Source: an uncultured archaeon
GTDB taxonomy: Archaea > Thermoproteota > Bathyarchaeia > Bathyarchaeales > Bathycorpusculaceae
Direction: 5' to 3'
DNA length: 64,000 nt
Assembly (NCBI GenBank): GCA_963782915.1
Contig: CAWALK010000012.1
Coordinates: 192,001 to 256,000, forward strand
The notes beneath the pieces were generated by a model, which had not been told where the DNA came from, made no database searches, and was given only the letters and a program-made list of their open reading frames with translations. The stretch's first letter is position 1; every line of letters starts with the position of its first letter. Below are positions 10,966-22,026 of the stretch, one piece after another. The translations under genes and the position numbers were made by a program.

Positions 10966-11369
10966 GCAACGCAAACAGTAAACGTAACGATAAATGGGCA
11001 ATAGTCCACATCTTTAGCTCCTACAACAACACCCTAATACACATCACCGACATATCCGGTGCAGAAACAATCTCACGCACAACCGGCGGTATGTTCGTTA
11101 AAGCAGACCGCATGGAATCATCACCATACGCAGCAATGCGTGCAGCAACAGGCGCAGCAGAAATCGCACGAGATAAAGGAATCACCGCAATACACATCAA
11201 AGTTCGCGCCCCAGGCGGAAGCGGACCAAGAACTCCAGGCCCCGGTGCACAAGCAGCAATCAGAGCACTCGCAAGATTCGGATTCAAAATTGAACGCATC
11301 GAAGAAGTTACCCCAATTCCACACGACGGCACAAGAAGGCCTGGTGGAAGAAGAGGAAGAAGAGTCTAA
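10962..11369 (+). CDS. rps11: 30S ribosomal protein S11
   Basis: [12 protein letters not shown]; [19 protein letters not shown]. Confidence 0.97.
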   Translation: MSNANSKRNDKWAIVHIFSSYNNTLIHITDISGAETISRTTGGMFVKADRMESSPYAAMRAATGAAEIARDKGITAIHIKVRAPGGSGPRTPGPGAQAAIRALARFGFKIERIEEVTPIPHDGTRRPGGRRGRRV

Positions 11370-11463
11370 ACTCTTTCCCATCCCATATTATTTAAGGGAA
11401 AAATACAAATAATGCACCGAAATATCCTATTGACCGAAAATCCGTTATAGGAACCTTATTGGA

Positions 11464-12294
11464 GTGTCTCAGCAAGTGAAAATTGAAATCTTGGAAAAAA
11501 ACGATATCAACCTCCGCATAATTGTACGTGATGCGGATACGGCTTTAATGAACGCTTTACGACGTTTAGCACTTGCTGAAGTTCAATGCATGGCTATCGA
11601 AGAAGTTGTCATGATAGAAAACTCATCAATTCTGCAGGACGAAATCATCGCCCACAGGCTTGGATTAACACCACTCCGTACAGACTTAGATGCATATAAC
11701 ACTCCAGAAGAATGTGAATGCCAAAGCGAATTCGGTTGCTCAAAATGCCGAGTAACACTCACCTTAGACGCTGAGGCAAAAGACGGCACAAGAACCGTAT
11801 ACTCTGGCGAAATCGTCTCTGAAAACCCAGAGGTACTTCCAGTATCAGACAAGATCCCAATCGTTAAACTAGCTAAAAACCAGAAACTAAAGCTTGAAGC
11901 CTATGCACGGCTCGGCAAAGGCAAAACCCACGCAAAGTGGCAGCCAGTTTCAATGTGTGCATACAAGTATTACCCAAAAATCACTACTCCAACCGAGAAA
12001 TGTGAAGACTGCATAAAATGCGCTGAAATCTGCCCCAAGAAAGTCTACGCAGTCAAAGACGGCAAAGTTGAAGTCAAAGACCTGCTAGCCTGCATCTTAT
12101 GCATGGACTGTGTCGAAGCATGTCCAAAGAAGCCTGCACCATTAGCGGTTGAGTGGGAAAAGAACGCATTCGTAATGAATATTGAATCTACAGGTGCGCT
12201 TCCTCCAGAGCGTGTGCTCAAAGAAGCCACTAAACTGTTAGGCAAACAATTAAACGAGTTTGAAGAACAAATCAAGGCGGAACAACAACAATGA
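11464..12294 (+). CDS. rpoD: DNA-directed RNA polymerase subunit D (Rpo3) with ferredoxin-like insertion
   Basis: NALRR..DEIIAHRLGL; HAKWQP; CEDCIKCAEICP and CILCMDCVEACP. Confidence 0.96.
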   Translation: MSQQVKIEILEKNDINLRIIVRDADTALMNALRRLALAEVQCMAIEEVVMIENSSILQDEIIAHRLGLTPLRTDLDAYNTPEECECQSEFGCSKCRVTLTLDAEAKDGTRTVYSGEIVSENPEVLPVSDKIPIVKLAKNQKLKLEAYARLGKGKTHAKWQPVSMCAYKYYPKITTPTEKCEDCIKCAEICPKKVYAVKDGKVEVKDLLACILCMDCVEACPKKPAPLAVEWEKNAFVMNIESTGALPPERVLKEATKLLGKQLNEFEEQIKAEQQQ

Positions 12295-12653
12295 GAGAAA
12301 CAAAAACTACCAACCCCCAATTAATCGAACTTATCAGTCGTCTACGCAAACTAAGCAAAGAACAAGAAGCCCCAATCTGGCTAGACGTAGCAGACCACCT
12401 AGCAAAATCACGCAGCCAACGCGTAACAACAAACCTGAGCACAATTAACAGACACACAGAAAAAGACGACGTCGTGCTTGTTCCAGGCAAAATCTTAGCA
12501 TCAGGCGAACTTAACCACGCCGTAACAGTTGTTTCCTTCGAAGCTTCTGACTCAGCAAAAGCAAAAGTCACAGGCGCAAAAGGAAAATACCTCACGATCC
12601 CAGAGCTACTGGAGAAAAACCCCAAAGGCTCAAAAGTAAAAATCATTCGGTGA
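12291..12653 (+). CDS. rpl18e: 50S ribosomal protein L18e
   Basis: TNPQL..VPGKILASG..NPKGSKVKII. Confidence 0.96.
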   Translation: MRETKTTNPQLIELISRLRKLSKEQEAPIWLDVADHLAKSRSQRVTTNLSTINRHTEKDDVVLVPGKILASGELNHAVTVVSFEASDSAKAKVTGAKGKYLTIPELLEKNPKGSKVKIIR

Positions 12654-12660
12654 AAAGAAA

Positions 12661-13113
12661 ATGTCACAAACAACAACTAAATCAGCCGTTACATTTGTGA
12701 ATGCTGAAGGCCAAGTCGTCGGCCGTATGTGCAGCAAAATCGCCAAACGTCTCCTCAACGGCGAAGAAGTCATAATACTCAACGCTGAAAAAGCAGTTTT
12801 CTCAGGCAAAAAGAAAGCCAAAGTCCTCGAAGCCCACATATTCCTAGAAGTCGGCGCACCAGCACGTGGACCATTCCACTACCGCAGACCAGACAGATTC
12901 CTACGCAAAACCGTCCGTGGTATGGTACCATTCAAGCAGCCAAGAGGCAAAGCAGCCTACAAACGCCTAAAAGCATACATGGGCGTACCAGTAGAATTTG
13001 CAAACGAAAAAATGATCTCTTTCGATGATGCCCTATCAACAGATTTGAAAGGGCCGCACTTCACCCTTGGCGAATTAGCCAAAGAAATCGGGTGGAGAAA
13101 CAGGATGGAATAA
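12661..13113 (+). CDS. rpl13: 50S ribosomal protein L13
   Basis: GPFHYRRPDRFLRKTVRGMVP. Confidence 0.96.
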   Translation: MSQTTTKSAVTFVNAEGQVVGRMCSKIAKRLLNGEEVIILNAEKAVFSGKKKAKVLEAHIFLEVGAPARGPFHYRRPDRFLRKTVRGMVPFKQPRGKAAYKRLKAYMGVPVEFANEKMISFDDALSTDLKGPHFTLGELAKEIGWRNRME

Positions 13114-13115
13114 TT

Positions 13116-13532
13116 ATGCCAACAACCGCAAAAAAAGTCCTCGTAGTAAGTGGAAAACGAAAAACAGCAGTAGCCCGCGCCATAATCAGACCAGGCGTAG
13201 GTAAAATACGCATAAACTTGACTCCAGTTGAAATTTACGAACCCGACATTGCCAAAGCAAAAATCATGGAGCCACTCCTTCAAGCAGGCGGAGATGTCTG
13301 GCAACAACTAGACATGGACGTTAAAACCAGCGGCGGAGGCTACATGGGACAGGCAGAAGCAGCACGCATGGCAATCGCGAACGGTTTGCTCAAATGGACC
13401 AAGAGTACACACCTGCGCACGGTATTTGCCGAATACGACAGAACCATGATTGCAGGCGACTCGAGAACCAAAGAGACAAAGAAAGTCGGCGGAGCAGGCG
13501 CACGGTCTAAAGAACAGAAAAGCTACAGATAA
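13116..13532 (+). CDS. rps9: 30S ribosomal protein S9
   Basis: [10 protein letters not shown]; [10 protein letters not shown]; QKSYR C-terminus. Confidence 0.96.
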   Translation: MPTTAKKVLVVSGKRKTAVARAIIRPGVGKIRINLTPVEIYEPDIAKAKIMEPLLQAGGDVWQQLDMDVKTSGGGYMGQAEAARMAIANGLLKWTKSTHLRTVFAEYDRTMIAGDSRTKETKKVGGAGARSKEQKSYR

Positions 13533-13546
13533 GGAGAGAAGAAAAC

Positions 13547-13777
13547 GTGATTATTCCCGTAAGATGCTTCACCTGCGGCAAGTTGGTTGGAGACCGATGG
13601 GACGAATTCACACGCCGAATTAAGACAGGCGAAAATGCAAGCGACGTGCTTGACAGCCTTGGCCTTAAACGCTATTGCTGCCGACGTATGCTTCTCTCTA
13701 ACGTTGAAATCATCGATGAAGTTCTGCGCTTCTATGAAGAAGCAGAGAAACGCAAAGAAGCGCGTAACTTCTACTAA
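13547..13777 (+). CDS. rpoN: DNA-directed RNA polymerase subunit N (Rpo10)
   Basis: [18 protein letters not shown]. Confidence 0.97.
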   Translation: MIIPVRCFTCGKLVGDRWDEFTRRIKTGENASDVLDSLGLKRYCCRRMLLSNVEIIDEVLRFYEEAEKRKEARNFY

Positions 13778-14353
13778 ATTTTTTATTTTTTTGTTTTAAA
13801 TTTTAGCATTAGCTGTTGCTATACCATTTTAGAGTCGCTTACTGTTAGCCTTAGGTTTGGGTGGTTTATTGCGAATTTATTGGGTCTATTACTTCCAAAA
13901 CAGGCTAAAATGAAACGGTTAAGCCAGAAAAAAAGGGCAACTCCTATATGCTAGGTTTCTGCTTGATTTGCACAGAGACAGATTCCAATGAACCGAGAAA
14001 ATTATAAATCAAAAAGAACTCAGCCAAAACGCACAAGCACAGTCAGCAGAGCCAAAATCCAAATGCTTCGAAAACCAGTAATAACAGCAACCGATTCAGC
14101 TAAAAAACTCTCTGCCATTTACTCGCGTAAGACTGAATGGACCACCAGAGTTATTCCTAAACTAAGAGAAAAGTAACCGTTCGTTTAAAGAATGGTTTTC
14201 AAAAACTTATTTTCTATTTCTTAAATTTTAAGCGCTTCAGATGCAACCACAATTTTTGAACCTCGAATTTCAGTGTTTAGCTGCGGCTAAAAAAACAAGC
14301 AGAACAGGAATCTTTATAATCATTCTACAAGTTTCAAGAGAACAGTGAATAAT

Positions 14354-14587
14354 ATGGCTGATTCAATACAAACCAGAGTACAAGCAGCCCTCGACGATAT
14401 ACGCCCCCAAATCCAAATGGACGGCGGCGACGTAGAACTCGTAGCTGTAGAAGGCGGAATTGTGAAGGTTCGCTTGGTTGGACACTGTGCAGGTTGCCCA
14501 ATGTCTCAGATGACACTGAAAAATGGCATTGAAGCCCACCTTAAGTCAGTTGTTCCAGAAGTCCTAAGTGTAGAAGCGGTACGTTAA
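14354..14587 (+). CDS. NifU-like (Nfu) Fe-S carrier
   Basis: IRPQIQMDGGDVELV..GHCAGCPMSQMTLKNGIE. Confidence 0.92.
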   Translation: MADSIQTRVQAALDDIRPQIQMDGGDVELVAVEGGIVKVRLVGHCAGCPMSQMTLKNGIEAHLKSVVPEVLSVEAVR

Positions 14588-14739
14588 GTTAACGGATCGC
14601 AAATTATTTTTTTATTAATTTAATATTTTACCTCTTGGATAGACGAAGTCATCACAAGAATTATTATTGATTCTCTGTTGCGCTTGACGCCCAGCCAATG
14701 CTATGGCTTTTAGTAGATTTTCCAAAGTATAAGTGGAGT

Positions 14740-15740
14740 CTACCTGAACTTGATTTTGGGGTGGTTGCATCCACAGCTGCACTCCCGGAGCTTTCAACAT
14801 GCACAAACTTCCCCGTCTTGTACCTTATCAGCGGAAGGGCTTTTGAGAAGGTAGTTATTACCAGTTCTCCCTCTGTGCCCTCGGCGGATTTGCTGAGTAG
14901 CTGTGCTTTTTGGTGCCCAACGGGGATAATTTCGGGAACACAAGTGTCTAGCCAGACATGAACTCCGCTGTGGCTGGGGCATTCTGACCAAAACGCCATG
15001 TGCTCGATAGGCGAGTAAACCTGATATTTCTCTAAAGATGAATAAGCCTCCGAAAGGCTGTTTTGTTCTTCTCCATAAAAGACGCCGATTCGCGCCTCAG
15101 ACAGAACATCCCTCACCGAGGTGTTCATTGAACCCAACTTTTCAGCAAACGCTTTAGCATTCCTTGTTGAAGCAAAAATTGCGGTCGGACGCCTCTTTTG
15201 AATAAAGTTAATCCAGGACATTCCAAGCGCATCATACCACTCCAACGACCCAATAATAAACTCCAACCCACAGCCCTTCGACGCTTCAGCGTATGACCAA
15301 AGATAAGGTATGAAAGAGCCAATTCTGGGCGGCGTATCAACGATGACGAGGACTATGTCTCCTTTCTGTAACCCGACGGTGTGGCTCATTCTTGTTAGCA
15401 TTGGTGCGATTGCCATGAAGTCTTCGGCGCTGTAGGGGTACCATTCATGTGTGTTTGGTTGGTCGTAGCCTAGGAACCATTGGCTGACTGGGGCGATGCA
15501 GGTTTTGTTGGGTTTTGCTCGGGTGGTTTCAAACAGATTTTTTCTGGTCAGGAAAGGGAACTGGTTTAGGTCGCTTATGTTTAGGAGCATGTCTGGAGTA
15601 ACGTGGGCGGGTTTCCAGAGTTTCTTGTAGAGCGGCGACTGATATGCCATTTTGAGGGTTTCTTTGAGTTTTTGTTCCTGCAACTCTTGGTCCTGTTTTG
15701 TGAATTGCTGCCATTTCTCTTGTACTTCAAGCATTACCAT
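14740..15740 (-). CDS. Phenylacetate-CoA ligase-like protein, divergent paralog (C-terminal frameshift)
   Basis: SECPSHSGVHVW, GELVITT, LPLIRY motifs; an alternate frame gives CGCNHPKIKFR* ending at 14740. Confidence 0.7.
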
Positions 15741-15742
15741 GT

Positions 15743-17197
15743 TTATTCGCCCTCGTATATTACGGTCCCATTCTGGGTAGCTTTTTTGCCTCTGCTTAGG
15801 AGCGGTTCAATTGTGACTTGTGGTTGAGCGAGAATTTTGTTTTCGAGCCCCGTTTTAATGACGTCTACTTCGAGTACCCTGTTTGCGATTACACTTTTGA
15901 ATGCTTCAGGGTTGCTAATTGTGTCGCTTGGTTCAAGCCGAACGATTATTTTGGGACGATAGTCTTCTCTGCTAATCTGCAGCTGCCACCTTCTCGCTTG
16001 CCCAAACTCAGTTGCTGAAAGCACTTTGTCTTCCAGTTTAGCGAATGGAAACCGTATCGCACCCATGCAAATGATTGAGATGTCCGAGCGCCTTGGAACC
16101 TTAATTCTCGGATGAGTAATTCCGCAGCCGCACGGTTCAGTGCCAACTACTTCGATGAGGTCTCCGAATCTGTAACGAATCAGTGGGAGCGCTTCGCCAA
16201 AGGTGGTGAGGACATATTCGCCTCGCATGCCCTTTTCTGTGTCCCAAAGCGGAACAGCCTTGGGCACATATGTGTTGTCTGTGCGTTCTTTTTCGAGTTC
16301 AGCTTCAGGAATGATTTCTGGCAGGCAAATGTCCAGCCACAGATGCATGCCATTATGCATACGGCATTCAACCGAGGGCGGCATGAACTCGGTGAAAGTG
16401 TACATTTCATACGGTTCTATCCCGTACATTCTGGTTAGAACTTCTCTGTATGGGTCAAGGGGTTCACCGCCGAATAGTCCCCATTTGAACTTGGTGAGGT
16501 CTTTGGGCTTGATTTTCTTAGCCCGAGTTAAGAGGTATACGAGGAGTTTTTTTGGGGTCTTCTGTTTGCTGAATTGCTGTTTGGCAACTTTTGGGGCGGA
16601 TTCCTCTATGATTTCCGCTAACCGAGCCGCTAAGCTGGGGAAAGCCAGCATAACGTTTGGTTTAGTGTCAAATGCAAAATTGAATATTTCATCATCGTCC
16701 GTTTGTGTGAGGGCGATGGTGATGCATTGGAGGGGATTGTTGTTTTCGATTCCTCGGATGGCGTTTAGGATTGCTAATCCATCTTCCACGTAGGGTGGCG
16801 GTGCGGTGACGGTGACGAGTTTGAGGTTGCCTGAGGTGGGCATCATGTTGTATAGTCGGTCGCGGATTTGCGTGAACAACTCTATATCTCTGCGGCCATA
16901 CGGCAACCACTTTGACAATCCAGTTGTGCCTGTAGTTGAGAACCAATGTACAGGTTTGGCGCATAATATTTGGTCGAGGGGCTGCTCATATATGGCTTTG
17001 CGGACTTCTCGGCTTGTGGTATAAGGGAGCTTGGCGAAGTCAGCGTAGCTTTTGATTTCTTGGGGTTTGATGCCTGCTGCTTTCCATTTTGCATTGTATA
17101 AGTTTGAGTTACTGGCCCTCTCTAAAGTCTGGTAATAGAGCAAATTTTGCATGCTAAGCTGGGCTAACTGGTCTAGGGGAAGATGTAGGGTATCCAT
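15743..17197 (-). CDS. Phenylacetate-CoA ligase / GH3-like adenylate-forming enzyme
   Basis: STTGTTG P-loop, GGEP, YTFTE, PLIRYRFGD, CGCG. Confidence 0.85.
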   Translation of the reverse strand: MDTLHLPLDQLAQLSMQNLLYYQTLERASNSNLYNAKWKAAGIKPQEIKSYADFAKLPYTTSREVRKAIYEQPLDQILCAKPVHWFSTTGTTGLSKWLPYGRRDIELFTQIRDRLYNMMPTSGNLKLVTVTAPPPYVEDGLAILNAIRGIENNNPLQCITIALTQTDDDEIFNFAFDTKPNVMLAFPSLAARLAEIIEESAPKVAKQQFSKQKTPKKLLVYLLTRAKKIKPKDLTKFKWGLFGGEPLDPYREVLTRMYGIEPYEMYTFTEFMPPSVECRMHNGMHLWLDICLPEIIPEAELEKERTDNTYVPKAVPLWDTEKGMRGEYVLTTFGEALPLIRYRFGDLIEVVGTEPCGCGITHPRIKVPRRSDISIICMGAIRFPFAKLEDKVLSATEFGQARRWQLQISREDYRPKIIVRLEPSDTISNPEAFKSVIANRVLEVDVIKTGLENKILAQPQVTIEPLLSRGKKATQNGTVIYEGE

Positions 17198-17500
17198 TAA
17201 GGAATCGCCAGGAAACTTTGATAAAACTCTAAGTCGTTAGAAGGGGAGTTGACTATGATTTTGATGGTTTGCGGGTTGGGCCAGTTAAAGTTTTTCAAGC
17301 GGTCTACCGTAGTTAACCAGACCTACCGCTGTTTGGAGTATTAAAGTGAGCGGTTCTGGAAAACTATCTCTGACATTCAGTTTTCGAATAAACATCTGCG
17401 CTTCCTTGAGGAAGACACAAAAAAGCGGTTGTAACACTAACTTTTTAAGGCAAGACAAAATGGAAATCTTCATATAACTTCTCTAAGCTAAGAAGCTTCC

Positions 17501-18398
17501 ATGAAAAACGCTTTTGGCTTAGAGCTCCCTGAAATAAAAGCGATTGTAACCGATAAAAGCGTCAAAGAAACCATTAGCTCCCTGCTTTTACCAGTACTGA
17601 TTTATCTGGGTGTTCCAACAAACGAATCAAAAGTAATCATCACTGACTGTTTACATGCAGCAGCCAATTACTCACAGCTCGAAGCTTACGAAGAGCAAGC
17701 CCACTATATTTTGGAAAGAGCGCAGGTTGCCCAAAAAATCCCAGAGAAACTCTCGGCAAGAGCCAGCTTAGTATATTCGCAGATTGCACCCTATCTGTTG
17801 CCGGGTAGCGTTTTAGACTATGGCTGTGGCGATGGCAAAGTAGCTGAACTTATAGCCAAAAATAAACATCAAGAGGTTACGTTAACTGACGTTTATGAAC
17901 ACCCGCATATTAAAGAAACAGGGCTGAAATTTCAACTCTTCCAGCAAGGCGGTAAAACCTTGTTTGGCGATGAGGTATTCGATAATACTCTTGCCTTGAC
18001 GGTTTATCATCACAGTAGCGACCCGATAAATTCAATACGTGATACTTGTCAGGGTTACCAAGAAGAATGGTAGAGTAATCGTTATCGAATCAGTCTATGG
18101 CATAACTGGGCAAGATTTGCCTGAAGCTATGCAACAAAAAGCCAAGGATTACTTGATGTTGTCTGCTGAGCAGCAGAGGAAAATCAACATTTTCTTCGAC
18201 CACTTCTACAACCGCGTCCTACATTATAGCAAAGATGTAAAAACGAAGGTTAATGTGCCCTTCAACTTCAACACCCCATTCAATTGGGAAACGGTGTTTG
18301 CTAAATATGGGCTTAAGCAGGAGGCGCTTGTTCATCTTGGATTGGATCAGCCGACGGTCCCAGAATACCACACTCTCCATGTCCTAAGAAAAGTTTGA
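17501..18398 (+). CDS. Class I SAM-dependent methyltransferase, frameshift near 18045
   Basis: VLDYGCGDG motif I; continues in ORF 18039-18398 (RVTKKNGRVIVIES). Confidence 0.8.
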
Positions 18399-18485
18399 AA
18401 CGATCAATTCTTTAGCGCTATTGTGGAGCTACTTGGCATCTCTGCCCGTGAAGCCTAAATAGTCCTTGATAGTTGGTGACCCGCT

Positions 18486-19472
18486 ATGGCCAGCCAATTC
18501 GTAATCGAGACAAAAGACCTTAGAAAAACCTTTGCGTCTAAAGAGCATGGTGTAAAAAAAGAGGTTGAAGCCGTAAAAGGCATCAATTTAACAGTTAGCA
18601 GAGGCGAAATCTTCGGTTTCTTGGGTCCAAATGGCGCTGGCAAATCTACCACTCAAAAGATGCTTTCCACACTAATGTGTCCGAGCAATGGTGAAGCCAA
18701 GGTTCTTGGGTATGACTTGGTGAAACAACAGGAGCAGATTCGACAGAACGTTGGATGTGTAAGTCAAGCAGGCGGAGCAGATTTAGCTTCTACCGGTACC
18801 GAAAACTTGGTTCTTCAAGCCCAACTCTACGGTATAGCTGCTGAAACCGCCAAAAAATCAGCCGCTGAATTTTCAGAGCGATTCCAAATGAGCTCATTCA
18901 TAGATAGAGCAGCGTCAACTTATTCTGGCGGGCAAAAACGTCGATTAGACATCGCTCTTGGAATGATCCATCACCCTCAACTGCTCCTTCTTGACGAGCC
19001 CACAACGGGTCTTGATCCCCAAAGCCGAGCATATCTATGGGAAGAGATAAAGAAACTCAAAACCGACGGAGTCACCATTTTCCTAACCACACAATACATG
19101 GATGAAGCCGACAAGCTGTGTGATACAATAGCCATTATGGACCATGGCAAAGTCATTGTCACCGGGACACCGGAGCAGCTGAAAGATTCGGTTGGCGGCG
19201 ACACCATAGTATTCAGTTTCACCTCGGAAGACACCGCAAAGAAAGCTGAAACTCTGCTAACAGGGCAAGTCAACTATGAACAAATCCGGACAACCAACAG
19301 CTCCGTATATCTAACAATAAAAAATGGTGAACGTGCCATGCCCGATCTTCTGCGTTTGCTTGATGGCTACAACCTGCAAGTGCAGGGAGTCACACTTTCT
19401 AGGCCAAGTTTAGACGATGTTTTCTTGAAATATACCGGGCGTTCACTTAGAGAGGACGGAAAACCACAATGA
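18486..19472 (+). CDS. DrrA-like ABC-2 exporter ATPase
   Basis: GPNGAGKS, YSGGQKRRL, LLDEPTTGLDP. Confidence 0.93.
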   Translation: MASQFVIETKDLRKTFASKEHGVKKEVEAVKGINLTVSRGEIFGFLGPNGAGKSTTQKMLSTLMCPSNGEAKVLGYDLVKQQEQIRQNVGCVSQAGGADLASTGTENLVLQAQLYGIAAETAKKSAAEFSERFQMSSFIDRAASTYSGGQKRRLDIALGMIHHPQLLLLDEPTTGLDPQSRAYLWEEIKKLKTDGVTIFLTTQYMDEADKLCDTIAIMDHGKVIVTGTPEQLKDSVGGDTIVFSFTSEDTAKKAETLLTGQVNYEQIRTTNSSVYLTIKNGERAMPDLLRLLDGYNLQVQGVTLSRPSLDDVFLKYTGRSLREDGKPQ

Positions 19473-20230
19473 AGCTCTTAACTGACACTAAATTGATGTT
19501 TCTCAATAGCATGCGGCATACTCTCAAGAGTCCAGTTTTCATTTTGGTAAGCATGTTCCAGCCCTTGATGTACTTGTTTCTGTATATGCCCCTTCTAAGC
19601 GGTTTAGGAAATGCCCCGGGATTATCAGGAGGAAACACCGCCAACGTTTTCATACCTGGGCTCTTGGTTATGCAGGCAATCTTCGGCTGTGCATTCGTCG
19701 GGTTTGCATTAATCGATGATATCCGCTCAGGCGTTATCCACCGTTACCTTGTTACCCCCGTGAGCCGCTCCTCGATTCTATTGGGCAGAGTTCTGCGCGA
19801 TGCAGTTATCCTGCTTGCCCAATGCATACTCATTACGTTGGTTGCGATTCCTTTCGGTTTAACTGTAAGCGTGCCGGGCTTCGCATTATCTCTGGTTCTC
19901 TACGCATTGATTGGCATAACCATGTCAAGCATTTCCTATGGGTTTGCGCTCATCTATAAAGTTGAAGATGCCCTCGCACCTACCATGAACACCCTAACAC
20001 TGCCTATATCCTTGCTTTCAGGCATCATATTGCCTTTGGCGCTTGCGCCATTGTGGCTTCAATACCTTGCGAAAGCTGATCCTTTCTCATACGGCGTTGA
20101 TGCGGTGCGTGCATTGTTTGTTGGAGACTTCCAAAACATCGGTATACTCTACGGTTTTGTTATAGTGGGGGTTTTGGCGGTTGTTGTTTTCTATTGGGGG
20201 CTAAATGCTCTTAAGAAAATGGCAACTTAA
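19469..20230 (+). CDS. DrrB-like ABC-2 permease
   Basis: Six TMs; LVTPVSRSSILLGR; DPFSYGVDAVR. Confidence 0.9.
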   Translation: MKLLTDTKLMFLNSMRHTLKSPVFILVSMFQPLMYLFLYMPLLSGLGNAPGLSGGNTANVFIPGLLVMQAIFGCAFVGFALIDDIRSGVIHRYLVTPVSRSSILLGRVLRDAVILLAQCILITLVAIPFGLTVSVPGFALSLVLYALIGITMSSISYGFALIYKVEDALAPTMNTLTLPISLLSGIILPLALAPLWLQYLAKADPFSYGVDAVRALFVGDFQNIGILYGFVIVGVLAVVVFYWGLNALKKMAT

Positions 20231-20425
20231 CAGCCCAACCCATTGCCGTAGCCGGCAGGCACAAAAAAGTTGAGGACCAATAAATATTATGTTTTCATAA
20301 AGCTTTAGAGCTAAACCCAACAATAGATGAGTGGGTTAAGAGGGAATGTATCTGATGGTTCGCCATCACGCATGCATCTCCACAAAACTCTTATCCCCTT
20401 CTCCTCAAAAGCAAAACCGCGTATT

Positions 20426-20587
20426 CTATCTTGACATTTTTTCTTGCAGATGAGCCGTTGAGCAGTGGCGGTCCCATTCGGCTATGGAATCGAATGTTTT
20501 GTTGTCGGCTAAGCAGAGGTATTTGCCGTCTGGGGTTCGTTTTGGTCCTAAGTTGGCTTTGTTGGTTCGTTTAAATGGTTGTGACAA
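20426..20587 (-). CDS. 53-aa C2H2-like zinc-finger microprotein (C-x2-D...H-x4-H)
   Basis: Hand translation MSQPFKRTNKANLGPKRTPDGKYLCLADNKTFDSIAEWDRHCSTAHLQEKMSR; GGAGGTGA RBS before TTG. Confidence 0.65.
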   Translation of the reverse strand: MSQPFKRTNKANLGPKRTPDGKYLCLADNKTFDSIAEWDRHCSTAHLQEKMSR

Positions 20588-20720
20588 AAATTCACCTCCA
20601 ATCTATCTCCAGCAGAACACAGAGCGTAGAAAAAACTTTTGTGACTGCAAAAAGAAACACCACTCGGACGCAATGCTTTAGGGAGACACTCAAGTTCGCC
20701 ATTAAAATTTAAGGAAAAGT

Positions 20721-21026
20721 TTAGCAGGTTTTTTTTCCGCAGAGCTTCATTTCTTCCAAGTCATAGAAAGTGTTGACGAATTCGTCGATGCTTGCTTCCA
20801 AGGCTTTTTGTCCTTTTTCTGTGAGTGAGTAGCGTTTGTTTTCGTCTACTTTGAGTATGTCTGTTTTGTGTAGGTTTTTTAGGACTGGGTATATGGTTCC
20901 TGGGCTTGGTTTTTTTCCTCGTCGTTTTTCTAGTTCTTGGGCGATTTCTGCGCCGGTTTTTGGGTCTTTGCGTACTAGCCATGCTATGAGGAAGGAGAGT
21001 AATCCTTTGGAGCCACATTCGGTCAT
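20721..21026 (-). CDS. PadR-family transcriptional regulator
   Basis: KPSPGTIYPVLK..YSLTEKG. Confidence 0.9.
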   Translation of the reverse strand: MTECGSKGLLSFLIAWLVRKDPKTGAEIAQELEKRRGKKPSPGTIYPVLKNLHKTDILKVDENKRYSLTEKGQKALEASIDEFVNTFYDLEEMKLCGKKTC

Positions 21027-21154
21027 AGGTAGTCGTTTGGGGTTGTTGATATTAAAGTTTGTTGGGTGGTTATCGGGTTTGCGATATATTTATATCTGCA
21101 TTTATCGCATAACCAATATCGTAAACCCAATACAATCCGCTTGGAGAAAAACCC

Positions 21155-21952
21155 ATGACCCACAAAATATACTATTTCTCCGCAACAGGCAACTCACTAC
21201 AAATTACCCACCAACTATCAAAAAAACTAACCGACTGCACAATAAAATCAATGGCAACCCAACCCCCCGACCAACCAGTCGGTGGACCCACAGAATCCGT
21301 CGGCTTCGTATTCCCCGTCTACTACTTCGGCATACCCCGAATAGTCAAACGATTCGTCGAAAACCTCCCAATACTCTCAGAAACCTACTGCTTCGCAATC
21401 ACAAACTTTGGAGCAACCCCACTCGACACATTAGGCATGCTCGATGACATCCTCCAAAAGAAAAATCTGCACTTGTCCTATGCTGACGGAGTAGCGATGC
21501 CCGACAATTACATCCCCCGCTACGACGCAGTTGCACCTGAAAAAGCCCAAAAAATGCTAGAAACCGCAGCCAGCAGAATCGATGAAGCCGCCCAAGACAT
21601 CACCCAACGAAAACTAAAACCAGTAAAAAGAAAAGCCAAGTTACTGGGAAAAACAGTGAGCCGTCTTACCTTATACAGGGATATCTCGGGGTACGACAAA
21701 AAATTTGCAGCAAACAGCAACTGCGTCGGCTGCGGATTATGCAGCCAAATATGCCCAGTAGGCAACATAAAGCTCGAGGACCAGCACCCGGTTTGGCAAC
21801 ACAACTGTGAACGATGCATGGCATGCATTCATTGGTGCCCCAGCGAAGCAATCCAGTACGGCAAAAAAACGGTTGAGCGAACCAGATACCATAATCCAAG
21901 CGTTAAGGCTAAGGATATTGTCGAGGGAAATCGAGGGCTTTTGAGTTCCTAG
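21155..21952 (+). CDS. EFR1-family flavodoxin/ferredoxin protein
   Basis: YFSATGNS; CVGCGLCSQICP; CERCMACIHWCP. Confidence 0.9.
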   Translation: MTHKIYYFSATGNSLQITHQLSKKLTDCTIKSMATQPPDQPVGGPTESVGFVFPVYYFGIPRIVKRFVENLPILSETYCFAITNFGATPLDTLGMLDDILQKKNLHLSYADGVAMPDNYIPRYDAVAPEKAQKMLETAASRIDEAAQDITQRKLKPVKRKAKLLGKTVSRLTLYRDISGYDKKFAANSNCVGCGLCSQICPVGNIKLEDQHPVWQHNCERCMACIHWCPSEAIQYGKKTVERTRYHNPSVKAKDIVEGNRGLLSS

Positions 21953-22026
21953 TAATCATGTTTTGGTAAATTAACGGCAGTCTAATAAGCACAAAAAACC
22001 AATCAGTGCCTTAGGAGACCCTGCAT

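Noticed and set aside
11464-12294. Fe-S insertion in RpoD as a novelty
   Set aside because: Ferredoxin-like domains in archaeal Rpo3 are already well described
13988-14176. 62-aa basic ORF after rpoN
   Set aside because: No motif or RBS recognised; cannot be supported as a gene
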